DNA from: Gnetum montanum
Lineage: Eukaryota > Plantae > Gnetophyta
Length of the DNA: 63,647 nt
Direction: 5' to 3'
NCBI GenBank assembly: GCA_015680685.1
Contig: MNCI01001745.1
Location: 1,137,330-1,200,976, forward strand
The notes under the pieces were generated by a model. That model ran no database searches, was not told the origin of the DNA, and was given only the letters and a program-made list of their open reading frames with translations. The first letter of the stretch is position 1. Each line of letters begins with the position of its first letter. Position numbers and translations under genes: made by a program. This document shows positions 36,949 through 50,200 of this stretch, piece after piece.

Positions 36949-37179
36949 ATTAGTATCAAAGAAAATCATGACTCAAGGTCCATTCAAAACCATGGATCAA
37001 CTAAAACATCAATCTAATGATGAACCATAAAGACACAACATAAGGAAAATCATTTCTCATCATTGGATGCATCACACATCTAAGAATATCATTGACCAAT
37101 GAAGATCTAATTACACCTCATCAAGACTCATCAATTTCATGAGATGTTGATAAGATAAGAATACACCAATCTAGGTAAC

Positions 37180-39304
37180 TCTTACCCATCAATTTATTAT
37201 TGCTTGCCTTCATAAATATGGTTTTCACATTAATTTTATTAAAATTTTGGAGACTCTTTTTACCGACGCCAATGCCCTTGTGGCTACTAACATTGGCTTA
37301 ACTAATTGCTTCAAGCTTGAGTGCTATGTTAGGCAAGGTTGTCCTCTTGCTCCTTACCTCTTCATTATTGCTGCGGACTTTTTGTGTCATGCTATTCATA
37401 AGGATAAGGAACAAAATTTGCTTCAAGGTATTTTCATTGATCATAATGTTCCTTCCTTATTGAATATGCATTTTGTTGATGACTCATTCTTTATGATAAA
37501 AAATGATGCTCTTATTGTTGATCGTCTTTTTTATTGCATTGATCAATATTGTAGACTCTCTGGCTCTCAAATTAATTGGTTCAAATCTTGTATCTTTTGC
37601 AACAAATAGGTTCAAGCCTGGGCGTTGTCTAAGTCTTGGCAATTTTTAGGAAAGGATCAAGTTTTTAAGCTTCTTGGCATTCCCTTTTCTTTTGGCGGAT
37701 CATCCAAAACATTATGGGATGTCACTGTGAAGAAACTTGAACAAAAGCTTATAAAGTGGAAGGAAAAGAAGCTATCTATGGCTGGTAAATTTATTGTCTG
37801 AAAGCATATTCTCCAAGCTACCCATGTGTATTACTCTTCTTGTTGGGCTCTTAGCATCTCTGCTTATCGTCACATTGATCAACTAGTCAAACACTTTCTT
37901 TGGAACAGCAGCCATACTAAGAAAGGATTTTGTCAGGTTGCTTGGAACATCTGTACTTCTCATAAAGAGGACAACGGTTTGGGCCTCATTAATTGCTACA
38001 AATAGGGCATTGTGTTATGTGCCAAATGTATGGCCAAATGCTTATCTGGCTCTAAACCTTGGAAGCTTCTTTTCCTTAAATGCATATAGCTTGGGAAGCC
38101 CAAAGGTAGTAATTATTGGAATAATACTCATTTCCTTAAATGGATTCTTTTTCCCATTGGTATTACCATTTCTGGTTCTATTGTCATCAAACACATTTGG
38201 AAGGCATGGTGTTATATTAGTTAGTTTTGGAACTTTAACACTATCACTATTTCTTTCTCTACACTTGATAAGCTTTCTCCTTGGTGGATTCCCATTCACA
38301 ATGAACCTTGGGCCATTAAGCATCCTCGTATATGTAGCACTTGGGATAAGCTTGGCATCTCCTCCCTCTCCTCTCTTTGCATTCATAATCATTGGATTAC
38401 TTGGAATGAATGTCACCTTATTTACGGTATTAATGTTGCTCAAAAGTCTACCTTTTGTACGATTTTGGATAGCTTGAACAAAAATGTTGTTATTCAAGAC
38501 TCCCTTGATGGTTTTTTAGATCTTTCTTGGATTTCTGGTCATCAAGTTTTTCCCTCTCATTCTAAGATTTTTTACTCTCTTATTAATTCCACTACTAATA
38601 TTTGGCCTAGATTCAACCATCTTTGGCAAGTTAATCTTAATGTGCAGGTTTGGAAGCAACGTATTCAGACTATTTGGACTACTCCTACTTCTTCAAAGAT
38701 TCAACATTTTCTGTGGTATTTGATTCACCAAGGTCTTCCTGTGGGTGTTCGGCACTCTCATCTGGGGGTTCCTGACCCACGATGTCCTATTTGTCACAGG
38801 GAAGATGCATTTACTCACTGTTTTTTTTCTTGTCCCCTTGCTCATAGCTCTTGGATTTGGTGTGGTAGGTTTTTACAGGGTTTTTGACCAAGCTTGGATT
38901 AGGTTCTTTTTGGTGACACTCCGCATCTTCAAGGCTCTTTGATTTATATCGGGTGTCACCTTCATCCCCTTATTCTCCATGCTATCTAGAAATTTATATC
39001 GGGTGTCACCTTCAACGTGATTCTCCTACTAATATTCTCTCCTTGTCTATTCAAGGAGACATTGTTCAACAACTAATGTTGCAGTTGAGCTCTTGAACTT
39101 TTTCTCTCCCATTTTTCCTAATTTCTTGTAGTTTCTCCTCTTTTGAGGTGAGCTTTTCCCCTTTGGCTGTTAGTGTCTCCTTCTTTGAGACCTCTTCATC
39201 TGTTTTGACCCTCTCTTTTATCCCCTTTGTACTATTTTCTTTTTTCTCTATTAATTAAATTTATTTTTTGGGGCCTGACACCCCCCAACTCTTACCGATC
39301 TAAA
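37180..39304 (+). mobile_element. 5'-truncated L1-clade LINE (RT C-terminal half and zf-RVT)
   Basis: VRQGCPLAPYLF...HFVDDS...SGSQINWFKS; KIQHFLW....GLPVG......CPICHREDAFTHCFFSC. 3' end TTACCGATCTAAA. Confidence 0.9.
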
Positions 39305-39866
39305 TACTATAAATATTAATTGATTAAGATCATTATTATTTTCCTCCTAAAAAAGTTAGTAACAATTACTCGAATTGATTTTGTTTTGTTGAAACTCATT
39401 ATCCAAGTAATTTAGAAAACCTCAAGTTATCATTTGTTAGCCTAGAAATGTTAGTTCAACAAAATAGGATATGTTGGTCCTTTTAATTCATAAAATTTCA
39501 ACGTTATTTTTGAAACCTAAAATCATGTCCAATGCATAGTACTCATTGAGATGATTCCAATGGTACAAATTTCTTCTCAATCAAACTTACAGTTTGGGAG
39601 ATATTGATGTTTTAAATTTCTCATTATGTATGCATTAAAATACTATTAAACTATTAAAATAATAATAATTTAAAAATATGTCAAATATTTGCGATTTGAA
39701 ATCAAACTTAAAATCACCATTTAACCATATTGAAGCCCTACCCTATCCTCGACTAAACCACCACATCAACTGCCAAGGTAAGGTAAAATAAAATAATAAT
39801 AAAAAGTAAAAAGAAAATTGAGTGGGAGATCATGAGTTCAAACCAAAGCTCCCATAATTTTCATTA

Positions 39867-39888
39867 ATATATATATATATATATATAT
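39867..39888. repeat. (AT)11 microsatellite
   Basis: Read directly from the sequence. Confidence 0.9.
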
Positions 39889-41549
39889 CTTATTTTTAAA
39901 ATAATAATAATAAAATAAAAAATAAAAAAACCCTTTGATAGGACTATGACCAGCCCTATTGCCAGCCACAATAGGACCTACCATGCACTGGCACAATAAG
40001 GCCTATAGGTTCAGCCAGCACTAATGGGGCTAGCCCCAAGGACTAGCAAACAAGGATGGCCACATGCATTGCATTTCCCCTAGTTGCCACATGCCATGCT
40101 ACTCGCAGTATCCCTCCTACACTACCCTACCACATACTAGGTCACTCCCAACTGTCCTCCAATCATTTCTTTGCCTCCTAGCCATGCTACACATTACCCT
40201 CCTAATTCTTCTTATCATTTTCATTTGATCTACCACAATGCCACTCTACAATGCACTATGTCCTATAGTGTCTACTTTCTATGACATCATGCATCATCAC
40301 CTTCTCTAACACTGTACATACACCATCGATCACTACCTTTCGCACTACTGATCATCACCTCTCTTGTCATCAATCATCACCTATCATACCACTAATCATC
40401 ATCTATCACTTCATCAATCATCACCTATTGCACTACTGATCATTACCTACTACAAATCTGATCATTTCCTCCCCTACTATAGATCATTCTCTCTTTTGGA
40501 AGCTTTTGGCACTACTCATCATAGCCTGTACTGAAAGGAAAAACCTTGGTGAATGACAAGATGCATCATGCAAGCCTTGTTTTGGTCATGCTAAACCTAG
40601 TGTAGGGTGAGCTATGAGAACCCAGTGATGGGTTACATAGGCCTTGCAATAGGCCACATAGATCCCAGAGAGGTCTACGTAGGCCTGGGCCATGCTACTT
40701 AGTGTAACCCTCTACCAATTTTGCATTGCTAATCTCATGTCCATCCTACACTACCGACCTCATGCCACCAACTTTGTCCCACCACTGCCAACCCACACTT
40801 TCACCTACCTCACCAATCATTACTCTCATCTATGTTCCCTACTTCACTACCATCCTTGTCTAACAACTATCATAGCCTTCAGTGATGGAAAATTTATACT
40901 TTTGTCAAAAGCTAGGAAATTTAAAAACTTTCATCAACTAATGAGAAATTCAAATTTTCAATGTTAACCAATTGATTCAAATAAAAACACATGTAGTAAT
41001 AAATTTGAAAATTGGAATTGCTGCCTTGGTCACCACAAGAATAAAAATTCTATAATTAAGTGTGCTCGTTTTGGAGTAGTATGAGGATGGGTGGCCTCTC
41101 AAGAAGTCTTGTTTTTCATGCCAAAAAGATACTGAACTCTAGAAGCCATAACTTTTGATTTGGGAAGCCTTTGTTGATGAATGAAGAGTTTTTTCCTATA
41201 GACATTAACCTTCTAGACTCAATGGTAAAGTTAGATCTACCCTAGGGAACCTCAAAATTTAGTTTGTAATACTTACCCAACATAGTACCTTAAGACCCTC
41301 AAAAACTTACGTTTAGCATAATTCGAGCATACAATATCATTTCTCAACATATGAATAGTCATTTCTAACATTTTTTATCCTTTTGAACTCAATGGTGAGG
41401 TCAAATTCATCATCTAAATACTTGATAATTCAATGATATTATGGAACTATGCCTTAAAAGTTAGCAACATAAGGATAACTAATCATGCCTTATTGGGAAA
41501 ATAACCTTTGCAAATAGCCTTAAGATCCCTAGGTCATGTCATTACTTAC

Positions 41550-42900
41550 ACTACCAGAGTCAATGTTCTAAAGGAGTTAGAAAGGTCATTAAGAATTAGT
41601 TGATGCATTACTCCAGTTGATGTATTAGTTAATGATCATTTGAAGAATCAGTTGAGAAAATAGAATGGTCTTCAATGGTCAAGAAAAGGTATATTAATTC
41701 ACCCTACAATCAAAACATATGACACAACAACATGGAGACTCAAAATATCATTTCCACCAGGTGTATGATATCCATAAAGAGTGATGATCCAAAAGAAAAT
41801 CAAAGAATGAGAATAAAAGTTGTAACATACAATGTGCTTGTAAGATCCTTAACCAGTAAGAAACAACATCAATTATATCCACCATGGGCCTTAGATTGTC
41901 ATAAACATTAATATCCATACATTTTAGCAAAATTACAATATTTGGATGCTAATATTTTATGCCTATAAGAAGTTTTGCCATGGAAATTCCTATATCATTT
42001 CCATCTAGATTTGGAAAAGATGGGATACAAAGGTATTTATAAGCAAAAATATTCTTCTAGTTCTTCTTTTGAGTCCTATTAATTACCCTATTGCAAAAAT
42101 CACAACATTGATGGTTGTGCAATCTTTTATAAAAAAAGCCAAGTTTGAATTAGTACAAAGATTTAATGTAGTTTAGAAAATATGATTTTTGAAATTTTAG
42201 AACTTCAAGAGATGGAAAAGAAAGAACAATTAAGATTTTAGAAAAATCACATAGCCTTGGTAGTTATTCTAAAATGTCCATCTATTAAGAAGATGTGTAT
42301 GCATGGTTAACACACATTTAATGGCCAAAATAACATGTTCCAATGTTAGAATATGTCAAAGAACATAGTTGATTAAGAAAATAGAAGAAAGTCTCAAGAA
42401 TAAGTTATTCCTAACTTATACTAATCCAGTGTCATTTATTCTTTGTGGAGACTTCCATGCAAAAGTTGGAAGTAGTGTTTATCAATTCTTCAAATATGGA
42501 TGTGTAACGAAATCTTTGGAAAATGAACCTGATTTGAAGAAGATGTTTCCATCAATTCAACATGCAATTCCATTAGCCAGTGCATATTCTACTTATTTTG
42601 AATCTTTAGTAGATAAATTAGGTTCCAAAATTTAGGAATAGATGATGTTGATGGATAGTACTCATTAAGAACCATAGTTTATGAATTACTTTGCTATCAT
42701 TAAAGAGAATGGATCAACAAAATTCTTCATTAAGAATTTAGACTATATTTGGTACGATGTCAAATTCTTCCAAATTACCAAGTTACTAGAGCTAATTTCT
42801 AAAGAAGAAGATAAGAAGAATCAAGATTAAGATTTTCCATCTCAAACAAGACCATCTAATCATTTACCACTTATGGCAGAACTACAATTACTTCCATCGG
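41550..42900 (+). pseudogene. Intron-less CCR4/nocturnin/PDE12-type EEP deadenylase pseudogene
   Basis: Ordered motifs VVTYNVL, DANILCL*EV, GYKGIYK, IDGCAIFYKK, NHIALVVIL, VNTHL, ILCGDFHA..GSSVYQF, HAIPLASAY, EP*FMNY, LDYIWY and PSNHLPLMAEL, with no intron-sized gaps. Confidence 0.85.
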
Positions 42901-42959
42901 TTCATAAGGTTGGTGAAGATCAAGAAGTATCTCACCCTTACTTTTATTGATAAATCTTA

Positions 42960-45900
42960 TGAAACACCACAAAAATTTGCATGTTATAGCCAATTTTCAT
43001 CATGTAGCTTTCACCCCATGAAACTCAAGGTAAAACTTCATTGTAAATGTAAAGATTGTAACCCATAGTGGGAAATTTTACATACTTTATACTTTTGGGG
43101 TTGAAAAATGTTTTAAAAGTGTTTAAAGTCTTGTTCCCCAAGTAAACAAAGTTACCTAGTATCTGTATTTGGGCTTGTGCGATCAAAAATTCCTTTTAAA
43201 ATACCAAAAAAAGGTAATTTAATGGGTTTTATTGGGGGTATACACTTTTCTATGCTGAAAACACATATAGGGGGATAAATCTAACCTACCCCAAGTGTGG
43301 AAGGGTGGGGGTCTTGGAAACTTGCTCCCCTCAATGTGGGGACTACATGCACAGTGTAGAAATCTTCCCCCCTCATTGTGAAAGTTTCTTCCTAGTATGG
43401 AGTCTTCATCCCTAGTGTTGAAAATTGCAACCCCCTAGCATGAAAGCTACAAAAGCCAAAATTCATCACTTTATTCACTTTGACATTGACCAACCACTTC
43501 AACAAGCATGGTGGAGATCTTAGTGCAAAAGATTCATCTCTAGCATGGAAGGTGCAGCATGATTACTATTTATAGTAAATGGAATGGCCATGGGGAAAAG
43601 CATTTACTATGTATAGTAACACCCTAAATTTGGGCATCCATCTCACCTGAATGAGGAAAACATTTGGCAACCAATTTGTTGCCATTTCATAGCCATTTTG
43701 CAGCCCCATTCATGGCCCAAAACCTATAAAAACTAGCCTTAAACACCATTTATGGCTTTAGTAATTTTTAGTAGGTTCCATTCTTTTATCACTTGAATAA
43801 ATTGAGCATGCATACATTTTCCAAGCAATAATTCCACACCTAGTGCATTTTCAAGCACTCAAGGGCTCTTGAAATCTCCCACATTTGCATTCTCTTAAAA
43901 CCCAATGTGGAAGCATTTTCACCCTAAGATTTGTGGATTTTTGATGTCAACATTGCACTTTTGGAATTTTTGGACCCCAACATGAAGCAATCTCACATCA
44001 AAATTTTCCTCTTTTCTAATCTCCCAGTAATAGCCAATGTTGTAGATTTGAGAATGCAGCACCATAGGTTCAATAGCATCTAGAGTGGTAGGACATTTGG
44101 ATCATGGAGTTAACTACATGGACTTCAATAGATCCTGAACCCCTGTCCAACTAAACCCCCTTGCTACCCATTTAGGCATCATTTTTACACATTTCTCGAA
44201 CTTATTCTTTATTTTTTCTCATTAAAATTTCAGGTTTTGGGTTTTGTGTGCAAGATATATTTGTTTATTTGGTATTTGAATTTGTTATTATTTTTTCTTG
44301 CATTCCATTTTATTAGACTATTTTTCAAACCTCCTAAGTTTCTAGTTGATCTACTAAACTAGCTAGGGCACCTTAGATTCCATTTTCATAGAGGCCCTAA
44401 GGATTCAAGGTTGAGGATTTTTATGCATTGTATCCATAGTTATGTGCGTTATTTGAATCTATTATTAGTTTTTCTTGCATTCCATTTTATTAGACTATTT
44501 TACAAACCTCATAAGTTTCTAGTTGATCTACCAAATTGGCTGGGGCACCTTAGATCCCATTTTCATAGAGGCCCTAAGGATTCAAGGTTGGGGATTTCTA
44601 TGCACCATATCCATCGTTCTTTATTCTAGTGATTGATTTTTTTCAATCGTAATAGTTTTCTTGGTGCTAGAAAGAGCATCTTCATTCAAATTTTATGACT
44701 AGATTTTTTCTTCTTCATTTCCAACATTACCATTTTCAAGCTTTTCTTTGATTTCTTGTAGCCAAGACTTTGAAGAACCTACATTGGTCTTTTCCCGCTA
44801 TGACCAAAACTGTAGCATGGAAGTTGCAAGTGGTTGGGTGGTGGCTTTTCACAACAACTGCTTTGAATTTTTTCAGCCCAAAATCCAATGTGAAAACCTT
44901 CCCCCCACCCCCTCCCCCTTTTTTTTCTTTTTCTACCAATTTTTATAGCTTCCAAAGTGGGTGTTTCAACAATTCTAGAAATTACCAAACTTCCAAAAGT
45001 TAGCTTCCCCCCATTTTTTCTCAAGCTAAGAAAATTGACAACCTACCAAAACTAAGTTCTTAGTGGGGGAAATACTGAATTTTTACTTTCATTTTCAGAC
45101 TTTTCCCCTTGTCAATGTTGGGTTAGGAAGTGTGAGATTCCCATTATCTCACCCCCACCCCCTTCTTTCCCCTCTTTCCATACCCTGCATAGAATCAATT
45201 GGAAAGGATAGTATGGAAGAGGCTTAATACCAACTTCCCCAAAGCCAACATTGCAAATTGAAAGCCTTATTTCATATTTTTGTAGAAAAAACTCCTAAAA
45301 GATCAATGCTACCCCTTCTTCCTTATGACCAAAGCTACAGCATGGAAGCTGTAGGTAGTTAGGGGGTGGATTTTTGTAGCAATTGCTATGGATTTCTCTA
45401 CCCTAAAGCTAGTGTTGAAACCTTTCCCCTTTTCTTTTTTGTTTCCAAATTCATTCTTTTTAGCTTCTAAAGTTGGTGGTGCAGCCCTTCTATGAATTAC
45501 CAAACTTCTAGAAGTTAGCTTCCCCCCATTTTTCCAAGCAAAGAAACTTGGTAACCTACCAAAACCATGTTTTAGTGAAAAATCCCAACTTTCCACTTTG
45601 ATTTTTAGCCTTTTCCCCATCAAAATTGGAATAGAAGAGGTGAGATTCTTCTTATGTCATTTCCCTTTCTTTTCCTCCTATCATACCTAGTGTAGAGGTA
45701 GTTGGGAGGCCAACTTGGGAAAGGCTTGACACCAACATTTTCAACTTTTCATTTTTAGCAAAGGGTAAACCCCTCTTATCCCCAACTTACTAATTATAGT
45801 AATTACTTCATTTCTAGCCATTATTTTTTATTTAAATGTTTTTGAATTCCATTTACTAGAATTTACTTTTATTTTATCATTTATAGCTTTTTTTTAAGCC

Positions 45901-47245
45901 ATTCTTAGCACCATAGCCATGTTTTTCTAGCAAACTACAAAGTTGCCCCTCACCTTCACTAGCAAAGGTCCTAGCCAATAAGCCATGAGGGTATATGACT
46001 CCAAAGACCCTGTTGACATCAAATGTAGGTAATCTTTGAGAGTTAGAGGGAAAATTCATGATTTTGTAGTAATAAATGAAGATCGATATAACTTCATCTA
46101 CACCAAAATACAGGCTAGCATGTTGATTTCACATTTAGAAGCAGAAGCCAAAAGGGAGTTCAAACTTATCTATCATAATGGTAAGGAATACATCTCTTCC
46201 TCCTATGAATAGATACCTATATCTAATATCTATGTGGGTATACTAGCCTAATTTATTGAGATGGAGGAAGAGGATGAAAAACATAGCTCTAAGAAATAAC
46301 AAGAAGAGAAGGATAAATTTAGGCAAAATCTGAGTCCAAAAACATCCTGGGGGGATTGTTCCAAAAAGCAACCTCCAAGGTCATTGAGCCTTCCTCTAAT
46401 GCTTTTATTTTCTCCATGGGCATGGTGTTACCATTTTCCACTTATTTCTACCCAACCACAGCTAGTCGCACACCAATGATAGCCATGCATCAAACACAAT
46501 CAATGCCACAAGCTATGATCCATAATCCATTCATGTCATTTACCACATGACCTCAATCTATGCAACCATAAATGGTGTTTTTTACCATCACAAATCCATT
46601 AACTACTTGTGCAGGGCCCACAATTTGACCCTAAGCAACTCAAGGATCACACAACCCATTTATCCCATTTGTGCCTTAAGTATTAACACAAACATCCTTT
46701 TCCTTGTTTAGCCCACAAGCTACAACCATAATGAAACCACTTCCTTCTATCATGAAACACATAGCAAGGCCACAAGCCTCACAACAAATACCACAATCTT
46801 ATGTACATACCCCATAACTAACAGGGCCACCACAGGGCTTTGATCAAGCCTTCCAAATGATACAAGACCTGATCGAGGAGTTTAAAAGGCTTAAATCCTC
46901 TACCTCATAGACTATCAAGATTATGGACTTCTACTAGGATGATCCCATAAGTCCTATAGTCCCATCCTTGACACTTCCTCTTGGTGTCCCTATTCTCTAA
47001 TTTAGCAAATATAATAGAGAAGGTGATCCTAATGTTCACCTTATTACCTTTTAATCCAAATGTTTACTCTTACAGCCATGGCCTCATACCATCATGAGGA
47101 TTTTCTTTATTTCTTTTACTAGGAAAGCACTTGACTAGTACCACGTGTTACCTAGGGGATCCATATCCTCTTTGGAGGACTTCATTGTCCAGTTTGTCAA
47201 CCACTTCAAGTATAACATGAAACTGAACACAACACTTGACCAACT
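42960..47245 (+). mobile_element. Tat/Ogre-type element B: 5' LTR 42960-44654, PBS 44662-44676, 5' UTR, gag interrupted by element C
   Basis: Starts TGAAACACCAC. LTR end TTTCAATCGTAATA. gag FSKYNREGDPNVHLITF is homologous to A and C. Confidence 0.85.
44270..44620 (+). repeat. ~178-bp tandem duplication within LTR B
   Basis: Two near-identical units (TTCTTGCATTCCATTTTATTAGACTATTTT...GGCCCTAAGGATTCAAGGTTG). Confidence 0.9.
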
Positions 47246-50200
47246 TGAAATACCACAAAAACTTGCATGTTATAACTAATCTTCATCATGTAGCTTTCAC
47301 CCCATGAAAATCAATATAAAGCTTCATTTTAAATGTGAAAATTATAACCCATAGTGGACAATTTCACATACTTTATACTTTTGGGACCAAAAAATACCTT
47401 ATAAGTGGCCAAAGCCTTATTCCCCAAGTGAAAACAATTACCTAGTGTCTATATTTGGGCTTGGGGGAGGGGTCAAAAATGCCTTTTGAAATGCAAAAAA
47501 AGGAAATTTGATGGGTTTTATGGGGGATATAAATTTCTCTATGCTAGAAACACATGCATGGGGATAGATCTCACCTACGCCCAACGTGAAAGGATGGGGG
47601 TTTTGGAAACTTTCCCCCTTCAATGTGGAGACCACATGCACAGCCTGGAAACCTTTCCCCTTAGCATGGAAGTTTTCCCTATCATGGAATCTTCATCCCT
47701 AGTGTAAAAAATTACATCCCCCAACATGGAAGCCACAAAATCCAAAATTCATCACTTCATGCAGTTCAATGTTGACTAGCCACTTTAGTAAGCATGGTGG
47801 AGAGATTATTGTAAAAGATTCATCTGTAGCATTAAAGGTATGTCTTGGTTACTATTTATAATAAATGGAATGGCCATTAGTGAAATCACTTACTATCTAT
47901 AGTAACCCCCCAAATTTGGGCATCCAACTCACCTGAATTTAGTAGTCAATTTATAGCCATTTTTGTAGCTAAATCATAGCCATTTTGCAGTGCCATTCAT
48001 GGCCCAAAGAAACTTTAAAAACTAGCCTCCAACATAATTTATAGGTTCAACATTTTTGACAAGATTTAGCCCTTTACATTGTTAAGAAAATTCTCAAAAA
48101 CGTTCAACCATTTTTTCACAATTTCACACTTGGGACATTTTTAAGCACTCAAGGGTTATTGTAATCTCCCATGTTTGCATCCTCATGAACCCTATAGTGG
48201 AAGCATAATCACCTTGAGATTTGTGGATTTTTGGTATCAACACTACACTTCTAGGATTTCCAAACCCCAATGTGGAGCAACCTAGCATCCAAATTTTCCA
48301 CTCCTCTCACCTTCCAACAGTGATCCAACTTGCAAAAGTGACGTTGTAGTAGCTAAGGAAGGTTCAATAGCATCAGGAGTGGCTTAGTACCTAGATCATG
48401 GAGCAGATCCCATTAACTTCAATAGGATTTAAACTCCTACACTAGTGAACCCCTTTTTCTTGCCCACTTAAGCACCATTTGTATGCATTTCTTGAATTTA
48501 TTATTTATTTTCTTTCTCAATAAAGTTTTAAATTTTGGGTTTTTTGTACAAAATATATTTGTTATTATCTATGCATTATTTCAGATCTGCTATCAATTTT
48601 ACATCCTATTTCTTTCTTTCTTTTATTTATTCCCATGTTTTGCATTTCATAAGTCCTTCGTTGATTTTCCAGATCAACCAAAGTATCTTGAATCCCATTT
48701 TTCTCATGGAAGCCCTCAGGATTTTGGGTTGGGAAACTACTGCATTAAGGATCCTTAGTTTTTCAAGTGACCAAGGTTTTCAATCACAACAATTTTCCTT
48801 GAGACTAAAAGGATGGCCTTTGCCTAAATTCTATGACCATATTTGTTCCTTTTGTTGCCATTTGCAACCTTTTCCTTGATTTTTGTAGTCAAAACCTTTG
48901 AATAATCAATGTTGATCTTTCCCCCCCTGTGATCAAAATTATAGCATGGAAGTTGTAGGTGGTTGGGTTTGGCTTTTTACAGCACTTGCTATGAATTTTA
49001 CAGCCCAAAGCTAGCGTTGATATCTCTACCCCTTATTTTTTTCTTTTTACTATCAAAACTTTATTCTCTAGTTTCTAAAGTGGATGGTTCAACTCTTCCA
49101 TAAGTTGGCTTCCTCCCATTTTTCTAAGTTGAGACAATTAGTAGCTAGCTAAAACCAATTTTAGTTGAAAAGCACCAACTTTTCACTTTGGTTTTTAGCC
49201 TTCCCCTCATCAACATTGAAGTAGGAGGTGTGACATTCCCATCATCTCACCCCCCTTCTCTTCCCCCTTTATCATACCTAGCATGGAAGTAGCTAGGAAG
49301 CCAAGGCTGGTGAGGTTTGTTACCAATTTAATGATCAAACATGATTTTATTGCAAGTTGAAAGCCATTTTATATATTTTTTTAAGCCAAAACCTCTAAGG
49401 AATCCAATGTTGCCTTTAGACCCCTATAGTAGAAACCTTAGCATGGAAGCTGCAAGTGGTTTGGGTGCTAAAATTTCACAACATCTGCTGTGAATTTCTA
49501 GAGCAAAGCCATCGTGGAGGCCTTAATAACCATTTAATTTTTTCTACCATATTTTTTGCAACTAAATTAATGTTGGTTTTCATACCAGCCAAACCTACTA
49601 TTCCCTCCTTTATGGTAAAAGTTGGAAACTTGCCAAAAACATCTATGGAAACTACCAAGGTTTCATTTTGGTCTTCAAACTTCTGTGCTCAACCCACCCC
49701 ACTCCCACCACCCCCCACCCCCTCGCCCCCCACCCCCTCGCNNNNNNNNNNNNNNNNNNNNNNNNNNNNNNNNNNNNNNNNNNNNNNNNNNNNNNNNNNN
49801 NNNNNNNNNNNNNNNNNNNNNNNNNNNNNNNNNNNNNNNNNNNNNNNNNNNNNNNNNNNNNNNNNNNNNNNNNNNNNNNNACTCTCCAACATTGAAATAA
49901 GAATGTGTGATATTTTCACTACCTCACCCCTCTTCTTTCCTTGCCTCTCCCTCCCACCCTACCATACGTAGTGTAGAGGTAGTTGGGAGGCCAACTTAGG
50001 TGAGGTTTGAAACCAATTTTTTTAATATTCCATTTATGGTAAAGGGGTAAACCCCCCTTATCCCACATTTACTAATTATATTAAGTACATCATTTTTTGC
50101 CATTTTCATTTTCTTTAATAATTTTTGAATTCCATTCACTAGAAGTTACTCCTATTTTACCATTTATAACCTATTTTTAAGCCATTCTTAGTACTATAGC

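Noticed and set aside
37938-38497. 179-aa (+) and 151-aa (-) ORFs
   Set aside because: Alternative-frame or antisense shadows of L1 ORF2.
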